From contig NIVC01001597.1 in the NCBI GenBank assembly GCA_002269645.1, positions 279,981 through 343,980 of the forward strand: 64,000 bases of DNA, given 5' to 3'. The translations under genes were made by a program, and so were the position numbers. The notes beneath the pieces are model-generated. The model had not been told where the DNA came from. It searched no databases and worked only from the letters and a program-made list of their open reading frames with translations. The stretch is from Macrostomum lignano. Its lineage: Eukaryota. Below are positions 51,201 to 63,125 of the stretch, piece by piece (position 1 is the stretch's first letter; each line of letters opens with the position of its first letter).

Positions 51201-52512
51201 AGACAGCATTGTGACAGCTGAAGCAGTGAGAGGATCACTTGCGTAGTTACTTCTCAAAACAGACGCGCTTTTCTCTAAGCATGACTTAGATAATTCGTAC
51301 TTCTTTTTCAAAAAATCTCGATTAAGAGCTTTACTGCTGCAATCAAGACCACTCTTCAACGGGCATGTGTCCTCAAAGTGGCTTACTCCTTCGACATAGT
51401 TGGCGTAAGCTGTGAAGTAGGAGACAAAATCAACGCTTTTGTCTTGCAAGCGATTCAGAAGCTGCTTTCCTAGCTTAACCAGCGCCATACACTTTTGCGG
51501 CAGACGCAACTCTAACAAACAAGCAGCCATGTTCAGAATGGAAGTGATGGACCACCCATTAGGAATAATGTCTGAATCGATTCGTCGAATCAAGCTGGCC
51601 TTCTGAGGTCGCCGCTCGATTGCCCCTTCGGAATATTGGAATGCCTTTACGAGGAACTTGTGCTCGTAAATTGTCTTCCTTTTAGCACAGTTAAACATCA
51701 GTCTGCTCATGGTTAACCTCAAAGAGTTTGCAAGACAAGGGTCGACTGCGACTGCCTTCTGACTGAAGTACTGAGTCGCCAACCAATGGGCAAATTGACA
51801 ATAAGACAACCAATCTGGTTTTTCAGAAGTATCATCGTTCCAGAGTGCGATGGGGCTCGTAGCATTTACCTGCAACGTAATGCGCAGTGACAAATGTTAT
51901 TGCGCTCTTGAAGCCCTGTTTATCATTGGCTTCCTCTGTTTCCGATTGTCTCTTTTGTCTTTCTTGCTGTTGATCAGTGGTTTTTGCCATGCTTGATTGA
52001 TTGTTCTTTGGTTGTATGTCGCTTTCGCTCTTTGTCTCGGTTTTTTGCTTTCTTTGCTCATATTCAAAGTGCTCAGAAGAAATTTTATCAAGGAACTCAC
52101 TGTACTGAGAGATCATAACCAATTTATGTTCGCTGGGTGTTTTTAGTTTTCGCTTATTAGCGGGTTGATCCACACTCTCTTGATTTTCGCCGTGTTTTTC
52201 TTTCTCTACTGCTCCAGACTTTGCTTCGTGACCACTGTTTTCCATCGCTGAGTAGAGTAATTTAAACGCGTCACCCAATAAACTCTCAAACTCTTTCAAA
52301 AAGCGCTCTGTTTGAGCATTATTTTGCCGAACTTGATACTCATTTATCAGCATTACAGTGGAAAGAGATTTCTCGAGGAGTCCAGCATCTTTTGAATGAT
52401 GAACGCGATTATACCTGTCTTTCCAGTACTGCAAGTTGAACGTATTCGCAAAATACTGAAGAAACGCAGCCTCTCCATCTTTAATCAATCCTTGATTTAG
52501 TTCAGAAGCCAT
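48256..52512 (-). CDS. Helical/TPR-like array family member T2; 7-nt insertion frameshift in exon 1, possibly removed by a 55-nt intron (about 1189 aa)
   Basis: Exons 52512-51006, 50909-49317, 49163-49070 and 48686-48256. Insertion GAGCCCC (51858-51852) relative to T1. Removing the GT-AG segment 51869-51815 gives 3570 nt = 1190 codons. Otherwise this copy is a pseudogene. Confidence 0.7.
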
Positions 52513-54775
52513 CAGCTTTGAAATAAGCTATGAAACCCCAAGTCGCCGATATAATTCTTGATCACGAATTGAACGTCACGAATTAAACGTGAACCCAGTC
52601 AGAGACTGGTTTCAGAAATTTTTAAATGGAAGTTTCATCGATAAACAAAATCTGAAAGGAATATAAAGAATAAGCCAGCTGTATGAAACATAATAAGCAT
52701 CAAGCAGTATCATAGCCAGTAATCAAGTAATTTCCCGTTGCCTATCAAAAAACGCTAGGTATTTCATTTGTAGTGCATCATTATTCATAAAATGCTACTG
52801 TAAGTAGACTAATGCAAACATGCGCAGCAAAACTTAGTGTGAATCAGGTTACTATTTGTAACGAAACTATGAAGCATGTTACTAATTATAATGGGAAGCT
52901 GTATCGTGTTACTATTTATAATGAAAAGAGGAATCATGTTACTATCTACAGTATATTGAAAAGAGTAAGCCCTTGTTGGAGTCTTTATAATTTTACTATT
53001 GAGAGCCTTGTTATTGCTGGCAGTTACTGTTCAGTTGATTTTAGAGTTATTGAATTGGAGACTCCCTATTCCTAAGGGATTGGATAAAATCTACGGACCG
53101 ATTCCGATACTCTTAGAGGATTATTGATTTGATTCATTTTGGTACCCTAGAGTAACCGATAGGAGCACACGATTCCGATTCCGCTATTTCTAGAAGACGA
53201 CGCCCTTTCTGGAGGACCTCGTCATTGTTATAGAGTTAAATTTGTTATTAGGGCCCATCTCTGATATCTGCACTCGAGAAATATATCGAAGTCGACGGGT
53301 TAAATTGTTATGTTCATTAAAGTGCTCTCATATTCAGCCGACTTCAGGATTCAAGAAGACTACTCCGGATCGGAGGAAGACTACAAGCTCTACAGACCCG
53401 CCCAACAAAGAAGAGGAGCCTGCACCAGTAAGTGCTCACTGAATTTTGTTCTCATGCTTGAAGTCTGGAAGTGGGAGTTCGTGCGTTTAGACACTAGACC
53501 TAATTCTCTCTCTATTTTCTCTCTCTCTATCTCCCTAGCCCTCTCTCTCTAGTGTGCTAAAGCGAACTCTTTACATACTAGGAAATAGCGCACAGAATAT
53601 CCTTCGGCAAAAAACCTAAAATATACTATTGAAAAGTATCAATAAAATTATAGTGTGCAGGAACTCTAACTGTGTGGGCAAGATTTTGGTACCCGATAGA
53701 ATTGCGACCAAGGGATTTCGGAAGACGCTCCTTGCTAAGTTAAAAAACTACAAAAAACAAACAATTTTTGAGAAGAGTTATGCCAGATATCAACTTTATT
53801 CGACGTTATTACAATTGTTATAGAATTAAAAACAAAAAAATGCTACATTACTGACTTTGGCATTTACACTTCTAACTGTTCAAAATGATAAAAGTAAAAA
53901 AATCTGCAAAGCCTTAAAATCTTATTCATCATTGCTATCTAGGATTCGAGAAATTCCCGCAGTTCTAGTTCAAGAAAATCGTTATAGTACAATAGCTAAA
54001 ATTACATGAATATAGTTAGCCTAAGCGTGTTGAAACGGTGAAACGCACGGAAGCCCGCCCGCTGAAATTTTCTATGGCTGACTTCAATAAATATAACAAC
54101 TCGTACACATATTGGATGAAAATAGCCTGTATTTGGTTAATGTTATACCACCTAAAGCTGTTCGACTTTAAGAATATTCAATTCTCTGCGAAATGCTTAT
54201 TTATCAGTTACTGTTTTTTCGATTCGCAAAATAAGGAGTTTTGACCATAGACAATTTCTTAGATTTCATTTTTTTCGTTTTCCAGAGTGCTCATGTGCAA
54301 ATTGTGTGCAAAGGCTAAGCTCCCCTATGACCCCGCTGTCTTCTGACTGCCATAGACATTTTCAGCGGGCCGTGAAACCGACTGAATGCATTGGAATAAA
54401 TGGGATTTTACCATAGACAGTCTCAGCGGGCTGTGAAACGCGGTTTTTTGTTTATATTGGTAAATTGTTGCCTTACAAAAGTATGCTTCCGCTAAATATA
54501 ACTACGCATAGGAACATCAAAGACAAGTAATAAGAAATAAGGAGAAAAATCAAACCATACTGTAAAAACACCGCATAAAAGGGTAAATTGTTTAAAAGTA
54601 AAGTCAGATTATATTGCACACGAATCACGATGTTGGTACATAAAAAGACAAAAGAAAATAAAATAAAATGTTTCAGCGATTTTTTTCTTTGTGACTAAAG
54701 GCATTCAGACGAAATCAAATAAGTATGTCACACAAAAATGAAGCCAAAAATCAGATAGAATGAATGCAGAGTTTC

Positions 54776-57700
54776 TTAATAACCAACTTCATGATTTTCG
54801 TGGTAGTCCCTCGCTGCTGGGCAGTTTGACAACAATAAATTATGAACTTCTTGCAGCCGATTAAGAATTTTAATCTTCTCCTGTGCGTTGCTCTGAGAGT
54901 AAATATTAAGGCCTTGAAGAAAGTCGTTTCGCCTAACCTCTCCGCTCTGTCCAAACGAATTTGGAATTTGGCATTTACCGTATTTAGAGAAAAAGCAACT
55001 GTCGGAGTGACTGTTGAATAACTTCGTCAAGTATTGGGCGTAACAGCGGATCTCTGTGTCAGATGGCGGACTGGCGATAGGAAATTCACGATCCCGCATT
55101 ATCACTGCGATTGCTTTCAGGTTGCGAGATCGTTTCTCCTCCCAATCGGTGAGTGGATCTGTGCAAAAGTTTAAACAAAAACAGCTTATTGCAATATTAG
55201 CGTCAGATGCGCACAGAACAGCAGTAAAATAGCAATTTTTTAACATTGGCTGGTTAGCTGCCTAAAAAGCGTTAATTAATACTTTGTCGATCCAAGTCAG
55301 GGCGATAGATACGAATAAAAGATATATATTTATTCGCAATAAAATGAGGCGCCTAAAATTTTTAGCACAGCAGACGCAAGCTACCTTCCCTCGCTTTGAC
55401 TCTGTGTATTTTTTGTTGTTTCTGCCCTTTGTGTACTACTACCAGTATGCTTTACACATATTTAACTAACTCGCGGTCTGCATTGTTGCCTTCCGAAAAT
55501 GCTCATTTTAAGTCACGGGTTTCTTTAATTTTTATACACAGCATCCACACCTTTTCAAGTTCAATTTGGCTTATATCATTTACGTTTAAGCCAACTTATT
55601 TCAGTTTTCTTTAAAAAATACACTGCTGTCCAACAGCCTTCTGACCCAGAAAAATGTATAGACGATTGATTTTTCTCAAACCGCACTCTGCTGATTATAC
55701 GAGCAATATTGCATAGGTCGTGTAAACGCATCCCAAGTCTTATGCTGACACAGCTGAATAAACAGGAAATTTAATACTCATTTCAGCTACTGAAAAATAT
55801 ACGCACTAACTACTGAAAACTAGCTGAAATCACCGCTTCTGGGAATGCTTGCCATAGCTTGCCGTTATCTATGGTTTGACTGGGTGCTATACTGAGTGGC
55901 CTATCTAGTGTATATAAGATCGATGGTCTGGGCTGGCCAAATCCAAGTCTGGGCTTGCTTTTCAAGGCCGGACTACCCTAGACTCAGCTTTCTACATACG
56001 GCCATTGGTGTTAAAACAAAATTGCATGTGTAATGAGCAGCTCAGCCGCTGATTAGAGCACATCAAAAGCTAAGCGACTATGTTGATTGTAATATTTCCA
56101 GAAATTCTGTGCATCAATTAGGGTTGGATTTACAACAACTAAGAAACGGAACGGTTTAAGATCCGTTTAGACCTTTCTGATTCGTACGACTTGCTTGCAT
56201 TTTTAAAAAGATTCTGTTTAAATAAAACCCTAAAATAAACCGACCGATGGTAAACACCAACGCTAACATTTATGATTATGCAATTAGACCTAGGTATTAT
56301 TTGCACGCTCTTCCATGTTAAGTAAAACTGATAGCAAGAGCAAATTTATCTATACTCGTCAAAGTTATAGAGGTTATTTCGCTTCGTTTTACTTTTTTCA
56401 GCAACAATAACAGATAATACAGAATGGTCTTCAGTTATCTAAAATGATAAATTGAAAATTCGTACTTATTAAAAAAATAAATGACTGAGAGTCATAAGCT
56501 TAACTTACCCGTTAAAGATTCAACCAAAAGTACATAATTAGTAATAGGGAAGGCGCCAAAGTCACTCAAATAGTATATATTCTTCTTTCTGTTTACGGCA
56601 GTCTAAAATTCAATTTATATTAACAAATATTCAGCTATTTTACAATGAGTAGAAACATGAAAAAGAAAAGTACGTAGCTTTGAAAATATTAATTACCAAG
56701 AACTTTCGACTAAGTTCATTCCACGATTCCAGATCATCATAGAATGAATTACCGTCTCCGTAGTCCTCCGAAATTCGGGCGAAGTACTTTTGAAAAAAAT
56801 GAACGATCTGCAAGCCTTTCCAAAGCCAAGGACTGGGCGATGTGCCCTTCACTACCAAGCGCTTTTCTATGCTTAAACATTTCTCGAGACAGCGAATGCA
56901 TTGCGTATGCTGATCATCTAGCTGCGAGTTATAACGATACATAATACTAAGCATTGTGTAGCAATAAGCCGTCTTGACATCGTATAGATCCAGTAGCTCA
57001 AAAATTCTGGCAGCCTGTCGGAATTTCAAAATCGCGCCATTTAAAGTGTTGTAAGGTGGTCTCTTTGGATTCCTGAAAGCTTGCTGATAGAGTTCGATGC
57101 CCACGTGCATGTGAATCAGAGCATAGAGCTGTGTGTCAACCAGCTCCGCTCTTTGGCACAGGTCATATGCTTGTTGAAGAATGCGAAGTTTATTCGGGTG
57201 GTCGCTTACTCCATAAATTACTTTCAAGTTAAATTTTATCTCGGGTTCTTCTTTGCTGGCTTTAAATTCGTAGGGCTGATCTTTCATCAACTGCAACAGA
57301 TCTGGAAAGTTTACTTGAGCTTTATGCAGACAAATCATTAGATCCAATGTCGTGCCACTCAATGCAGAAGACTCGCTACTCACAAAAATACTTTCAGTGA
57401 AATCTTCAACGTCTTTTAGCAACTCAGTTACGCAGAACATTAACTTAGGATTAGTAAAAAATCTTTCTTCAACAGACACAATTTGGTCCAGCCGAAAGAA
57501 TGCATTAGCTAGAAAATTTTCGATGACTACTAATGCTGTCCGCTCGCAGTCAACTATGTCAGATTTGATTGTTTCAACAAGACCCTTAGCGTGACTTAAA
57601 CAATCCAGGGATTTCATCCAAGTGGTCTTTTGAAATGTAAAAATTTTGAGCAGAATATTTCCAGTCCAAGATAAAAATGATGAAAGCGTTAAAAACACTT

Positions 57701-59768
57701 GCTCTGTCCTAGAAGGAATGTACCTGGCTGGATATAATTCTGAAGCGCGCATTTTCTGATGCTCCTCTGAGGCTTGCAGAATAAAAATAATGCCTTCGTT
57801 CACCAACCAAAGTGCAACTAGGAAGACCAACATTTTGTGATCTTTGGGGAAACTCAACTCGAAGTCTTCATATGTAATTCTGGCTAAACGACAGACATCC
57901 AGCTTTATACCGAATCCAATATCCAGTAGGTGTGCAGCCTTCTCTTGTTGATGTTTTGCAGAAGACAAAGCTTGAGTATTCAAATAATGGCGAGTAATGC
58001 AGAGAATGCAAAACACCCTGACCGGAATATCTTCGATGTCCTCATACTTGCGTACTAACTTCTTTAAATGCGCAAGCGATTCTAGTCGGTAGCCATCCAA
58101 AAAGTCTTTAGAGTCTTTGATTCTACGTATTATAGTCATCCATGCTGAGCCATCGCTTAAATCAACAGAAGACTCGAGATTGCTTTTCGGTACCATAGCA
58201 GCTTGGAGACTTGAAGCGCTACGCACATTCGAGCGCTCAACTTTAGGCTGTGTTCGTACGCTCTTCTCTAAAAATCTTCTTTTGATGGCTGAATTCTGAA
58301 GAATTTAATGGAAAATGAAGTAGCATGTTACTAAGCAGGTGAATAAACACAAAGTAATGAAAATAACTATTAAAAGTTATGCAAAACTTACAGCTCTGTC
58401 GTACAACTCCTTGCACTTTGCAGAGCTAGTCGAGTCAGAACTCGAATTAGCACCAACGTGAAGAATCTGCAACAAATATGTTGCCGTCACTGTTCCCGAC
58501 TCCAATGCACACTCCAAATGTACAGCTTTCTCAAAGTTCTGAAGAGCCTCTTCCGAAAACGCACCAGCACTATTGACGAGAACTACAGACAGCATTGTGA
58601 CAGCTGAAGCAGTGAGAGGATCACTTGCGTAGTTACTTCTCAAAACAGACGCGCTTTTCTCTAAGCATGACTTAGATAATTCGTACTTCTTTTTCAAAAA
58701 ATCTCGATTAAGAGCTTTACTGCTGCAATCAAGTCCGCTCTTCAACGGGCATGTGTCCTCAAAGTGGCTTACTCCTTCGACATAGTCGGCGTAAGCTTTG
58801 AAGTACTTGTAGAGCTTGGTTGATTTCGACAAATCAAAGCGCTTCAGTATCTGCTTTCCTTGTTCAATTAGAACGCGACATTTCTGTGGCAAACGCAACT
58901 CTAACAAACAAGCAGCCATGTTCAGAATGGAAGTGATGGACCACCCGTTAGGAATAATGTCTGAATCGATTCGTCGAATTAAGCTTGCCTTCTGAGGTCG
59001 CCGCTCGATTGCTGCCTCAAAGTACTGGAACGCTTTCACAAGGTACTTGTGTTCGTAAATAGTTTTTTTCATAGCGCAGTTGAACATCAGTCTGCTCATG
59101 GTTAACCTCAAAGAGTTTGCAAGACAAGGGTCGACTGCGACTGCCTTCTGACTGAAGTACTGAGTCGCCAACCAATGGGCAAATCGGCAATAAGACATCC
59201 AATCTGGTTTCTCAAAAGTATTATTGCGCCCAAGTGCAATGTAGCATTTTCCCGCAACGTAATGTGCAGTGATGAATGTTATTGCGCTCTCAAAGTCCTG
59301 TCTGTCAGTTGCCTCATGAAGCTTAGGCTGATTAGCCTCTTCAATTGGGTACTTGTCTGTAAGCGCTTCGGTTTTTAGTTTACTTTGCTCATTTCGAAAG
59401 TTCCGGGCAACGAGTGCATCCAAATACAATTGGTAAATTGCCATCGTTTGGTATTTACTTCGTCCTTCATCCCCATTCTTGCTCCTAGATTCAATAGCCG
59501 CTTTAAGTATTTCAGAAGAATCAGAATCCGCAAAAATGTTTTCCAAAAAATTCACGTAATAGGTTGTTTTGCTAGTATTTTGTCTTATTTGAAATTCATT
59601 TAAAAGCATAACGGTTGAAAGAGACAAATCCAAGGCCCTGGAATCCAACCGGCTTAGAGCTTGCTTGTGTCTTTCTTCCCAATATTTTAAAGTCCCGTCA
59701 TTTGCATAAACTTGAAGAAATAGTGCGTCGTCGTCGGAAATAAGTCGATTGCTCGACATAGTAGACAT
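54776..59768 (-). CDS. Helical/TPR-like array family member T1, about 1150 aa, 4 exons
   Basis: Exons 59768-58392, 58295-56697, 56602-56509 and 55158-54776. Donors GTAAGT, GTAATT, GTAAGT; total 3453 nt = 1151 codons with no internal stop. Confidence 0.82.
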
Positions 59769-60294
59769 GTAAAAAAGAATTTAGTAGACTGGTGTGAACA
59801 AAGTTCTTTAACAGACTGAAAGTGGGTAATATTTTTTACAAACAAATGATTCCAAATAGACAAGTCTACATTAAGTATTTTCACCAAAGCAAGATTAACA
59901 GTAATGTTGAGTACCAACCACAGATACTAGAATAACTACGAGATGGGCCACTCAGGCATATATACTTAGCAAAATAGCTTTTTACTTTCAGTTCAGTAGC
60001 AATGAACAATACAAACAGTATTTTATACGAATAAAGGCAGCTGCATGAGATGACTTTGATAAGTTTAGAAGCCAAGCTTGCAGACGTAAACAGCTTGCTA
60101 ATTATAACAGTTTAGCTATAATGTACATTAGCCACTGAAATTTACAAGGCATATTTAGGCTGGAACAACCGAAGAAGGTATTAAAAATTGGGTGTCGGGG
60201 CAGGAGTAGAGGTTCTGTGAACATGTGTGGAGTCAATAAAGAAGGCATGTATACTTAGCAAAGAGCCAATAAATAAGCATTGTCTTTAAAAATA

Positions 60295-61420
60295 TACTCA
60301 GCAACGGGTCCATGAGAATTGCCGCAGACGAATTTCCCGCAGTGCATTTTTCCCGCGAGCGAATTGCCCGCCGAGTTTTTCCCGCCGAGGTTTGCCCGCA
60401 ATGCTTTTTCCTGCGGCGCATTTCGCAGCTAGATTCTGTCTCCGATGCCCCCCCCCCCAAAAAAAAATGTACATGAGATATGCAGTTACTCTCAAAACGT
60501 TACTCTTTATTGACTTACTAAGCATTGGGGAGGCAATGCAGACAAAATCTGCCGCGTGGCCAAATGCGCTGTAGGAAAAAAGCATTGCGGGCAAGCATCG
60601 GCGGGCAATTCACTCGCGGGCAATTCACTCGCGGGCAATTCACTCGCGGGCAATTCACTCGCGGGCAATTCACTCGCGGGCAATTCACTCGCGGGCAATT
60701 CACTCGCGGGCAATTCACTCGCGGGCAATTCACTCGCGGGCAATTCACTCGCGGGAAATTCACTCGCGGGCAATTCACTCGCGGGAAATTCACTCGCGGG
60801 CAATTCACTCGCGGGAAATTCACTCGCGGGCAATTCACTCGCGGGAAATTCACTCGCGGGCAATTCACTCGCGGGAAATTCACTCGCGGGCAATTCACTC
60901 GCGGGAAATTCACTCGCGGGAAATTCACTCGCGGGCAATTCACTCGCGGGAAATTCACTCGCGGGCAATTCACTCGCGGGAAATTCACTCGCGGGCAAAT
61001 CTCGGCGGGCAAATCTCGGCGGGCAAATCTCGGCGGGCAAATCTCCACAAGCAATTCGCTCACGGGCAAAATGCACTGCGGGCAAATCTCGGCGGGAAAA
61101 GCTCGGCGGGCAATTCGTCTGCTGGCATTTCTCGTGCTCCCCTCAGCAACATCGAAAAGTCGCCATCACAGAAGATTCCGTCTGTGGTCGCCAATTTTGA
61201 AAGTGCAGGTCAAGTTTCTCAATCTTTGCGAGTGACGCGACTTAGGTACGCCGCGGCAGACTTGGGTTGAGGTTTGAGGAATGAAGTCGGGGGGAGCGGT
61301 ATGTGAGGATTGGACGGATTAAAGCGACCCCGATCAGTTTTTAGTTTTTTAATTTCAGAATAGTCCAAGAGAAATTGCTCACTGGCGCATAAAGTGGCGA
61401 CTTTTCAACGTTGCTGTGTA
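60295..61420. mobile_element. Putative non-autonomous TIR element carrying a 15-bp minisatellite
   Basis: Ends TACTCAGCAAC (60295) / GTTGCTGTGTA (61420) in TA-rich flanks. The internal motif CTCAGCAACATCGAAAAGTCGCCA is shared with the element at 61545. Confidence 0.5.
60601..61110. repeat. 15-bp minisatellite (GCGGG[C/A]AATTCACTC)
   Basis: About 26 regular units to 60997, then degenerate units. It is the source of the periodic ORFs at 60507-61235. Confidence 0.97.
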
Positions 61421-61544
61421 CTCGTATATATTGAAATATTTCAGTTTAAATTGCTACTGAACTGAAAGAAGCTCGCACATTAATGGGCTGAGTGGCCCAT
61501 CTAGTATCTAGTTATTCTAGTATCTGAGGTACCAACAATTTTTA

Positions 61545-61828
61545 TACTCAGCAACATTGAAAAGTCGCCACCCTTTGCCCCAGTGAACAGTGTGTTTTGA
61601 CCAGCGTCTACACCTGGCCAACCATTTTGACATAAAAATGTTTGAACAAAAAATGAAAACCAGGCGGAAGCTTCAATCCATCCAATCTTCGCCCTCCGCT
61701 CTTTCCAATCCCTCCTCACCCAGCCCAACTCTGCGTCGCGTGGCGCAAGTTGCGTCACTCAAAAGTCAATACTGAGCTGGAATTTGCTGCGCACTCTCAA
61801 AGGTGACGACTTTTTAATGTTGTTGAGT
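61545..61828. mobile_element. MITE-like element, about 284 bp
   Basis: About 27-bp imperfect inverted repeats TACTCAGCAACATTGAAAAGTCGCCACC / GGTGACGACTTTTTAATGTTGTTGAGT. Confidence 0.6.
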
Positions 61829-63125
61829 CTGGCTGACATAAACTACGGGTACCAGATGAAGTTCGTCAATAATAAATTAATTCTAGTTCTGTCAATAACT
61901 CTAAATGCTAAAATTTTTACAATGTAAATAACGTAAAGCCGAAAAACTAGTGATGCAGTAAATATGTTGGCATTTAAGTTATTTATTTAGTTTTTTGTCA
62001 GTGTGGCAGTCTGCAAGTCTTATGGGTAAAATTAATCATAAGTGTAAAGAATTCACTTTAGATTGAAAACTATAACGCTTTGATACGAAATGGCAAGCGA
62101 CAATGATTTATATTGCTATTGTTGAGCACGATACACTGAAGAGTGTTGTGAAGAGACGGCACGGAGACCTAGGGGTGGATGAGTAAGAGCGGTCAGAATG
62201 AAATGTATAGCGAAATAGAAGGGCACACGCAGTGATCAGGGTAAAACATTTTCTATCAAATACTTTGGAAGGAATAAAGAAATTGTTGTAATTAACTATT
62301 TACGACATAGAAGTTCATTAACTAACAACAGATATCGATTAAAAAATGGTCTCTAGCCAAAAGAATCTGATGTTGCAAAAACAGTAAAATTGAGAATAAT
62401 ATCAGGACAGATTGGAATAGTTTTCCTGGCGCTAAAAATAACCGAATAACAAAAAAATGTATAAAATTCAATCATGCGGCTGTTGATTGGCCCATTGGTT
62501 TAAGGTAAATAGTTTTAAGAATTAGAATTGAACCAGAGAAAAATTATTGAAACGATGTAGCAGTTCGCAGTCACTTTACAGCGAATGCGTGCAATCTCCC
62601 GGAGTCTGGGGCGTCAAAACACACCCACGTAGTCTTCCCACGCGTCTGGACATGATGGTGTGAGCTGCAATCAGCAAGGCGACGGGACGCACGGGCTGGC
62701 GTATGGAGGATACGGTATAGGCAGGCATACCCGGGTCGGCGTCAAGACACGGGTCTTACGATCCCACCGACAACCGAAAGCAAGGCCAGAAAAGAGGCAG
62801 TAGTGGGCGCACTGGTCTTCGACCCCGACCGGCTGTCATATTTACTAGATATGACAGACATATTATTTGCTAATTTCCGGTGTTAAGTTATGGCAATTGT
62901 TAGCAATTTTAAGTCCACGCGAGAGCGAGAGAGAGAAAGAGAGAGAGCGCGACACTGGAATTCACTAAATAAGCCACAGCGCGCAAGGGGGGCAGGCTGA
63001 GAGCGTCTGGACCATGGAGGAAAGAATAGAATGGAGTGCCGATCTGAGCCAGTTATTTTTATCTCGCTCGATTTTCGCTTTCAACATCCCTCTCCCCCCG
63101 TTCCTTCCTATTGGCTGAAAGCATA

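Noticed and set aside
52990-54450. Possible retroelement or MITE debris (TGTTATAG direct repeat; CCATAGACA...CAGCGGGC repeats)
   Set aside because: Repeat-like, but no boundaries, TSD or coding remnant could be fixed by eye.
60507-61235. Periodic ORFs (PASEL, GQFTR, AGNSL repeats) resembling pentapeptide-repeat proteins
   Set aside because: A 15-bp minisatellite open in multiple frames on both strands.
61484-61505. Helitron-like 3' end (hairpin + CTAGT), with a similar motif near 55890-55910
   Set aside because: The hairpin abuts CTAG without the usual spacer, and no 5' TC end or Rep/Hel sequence was found.
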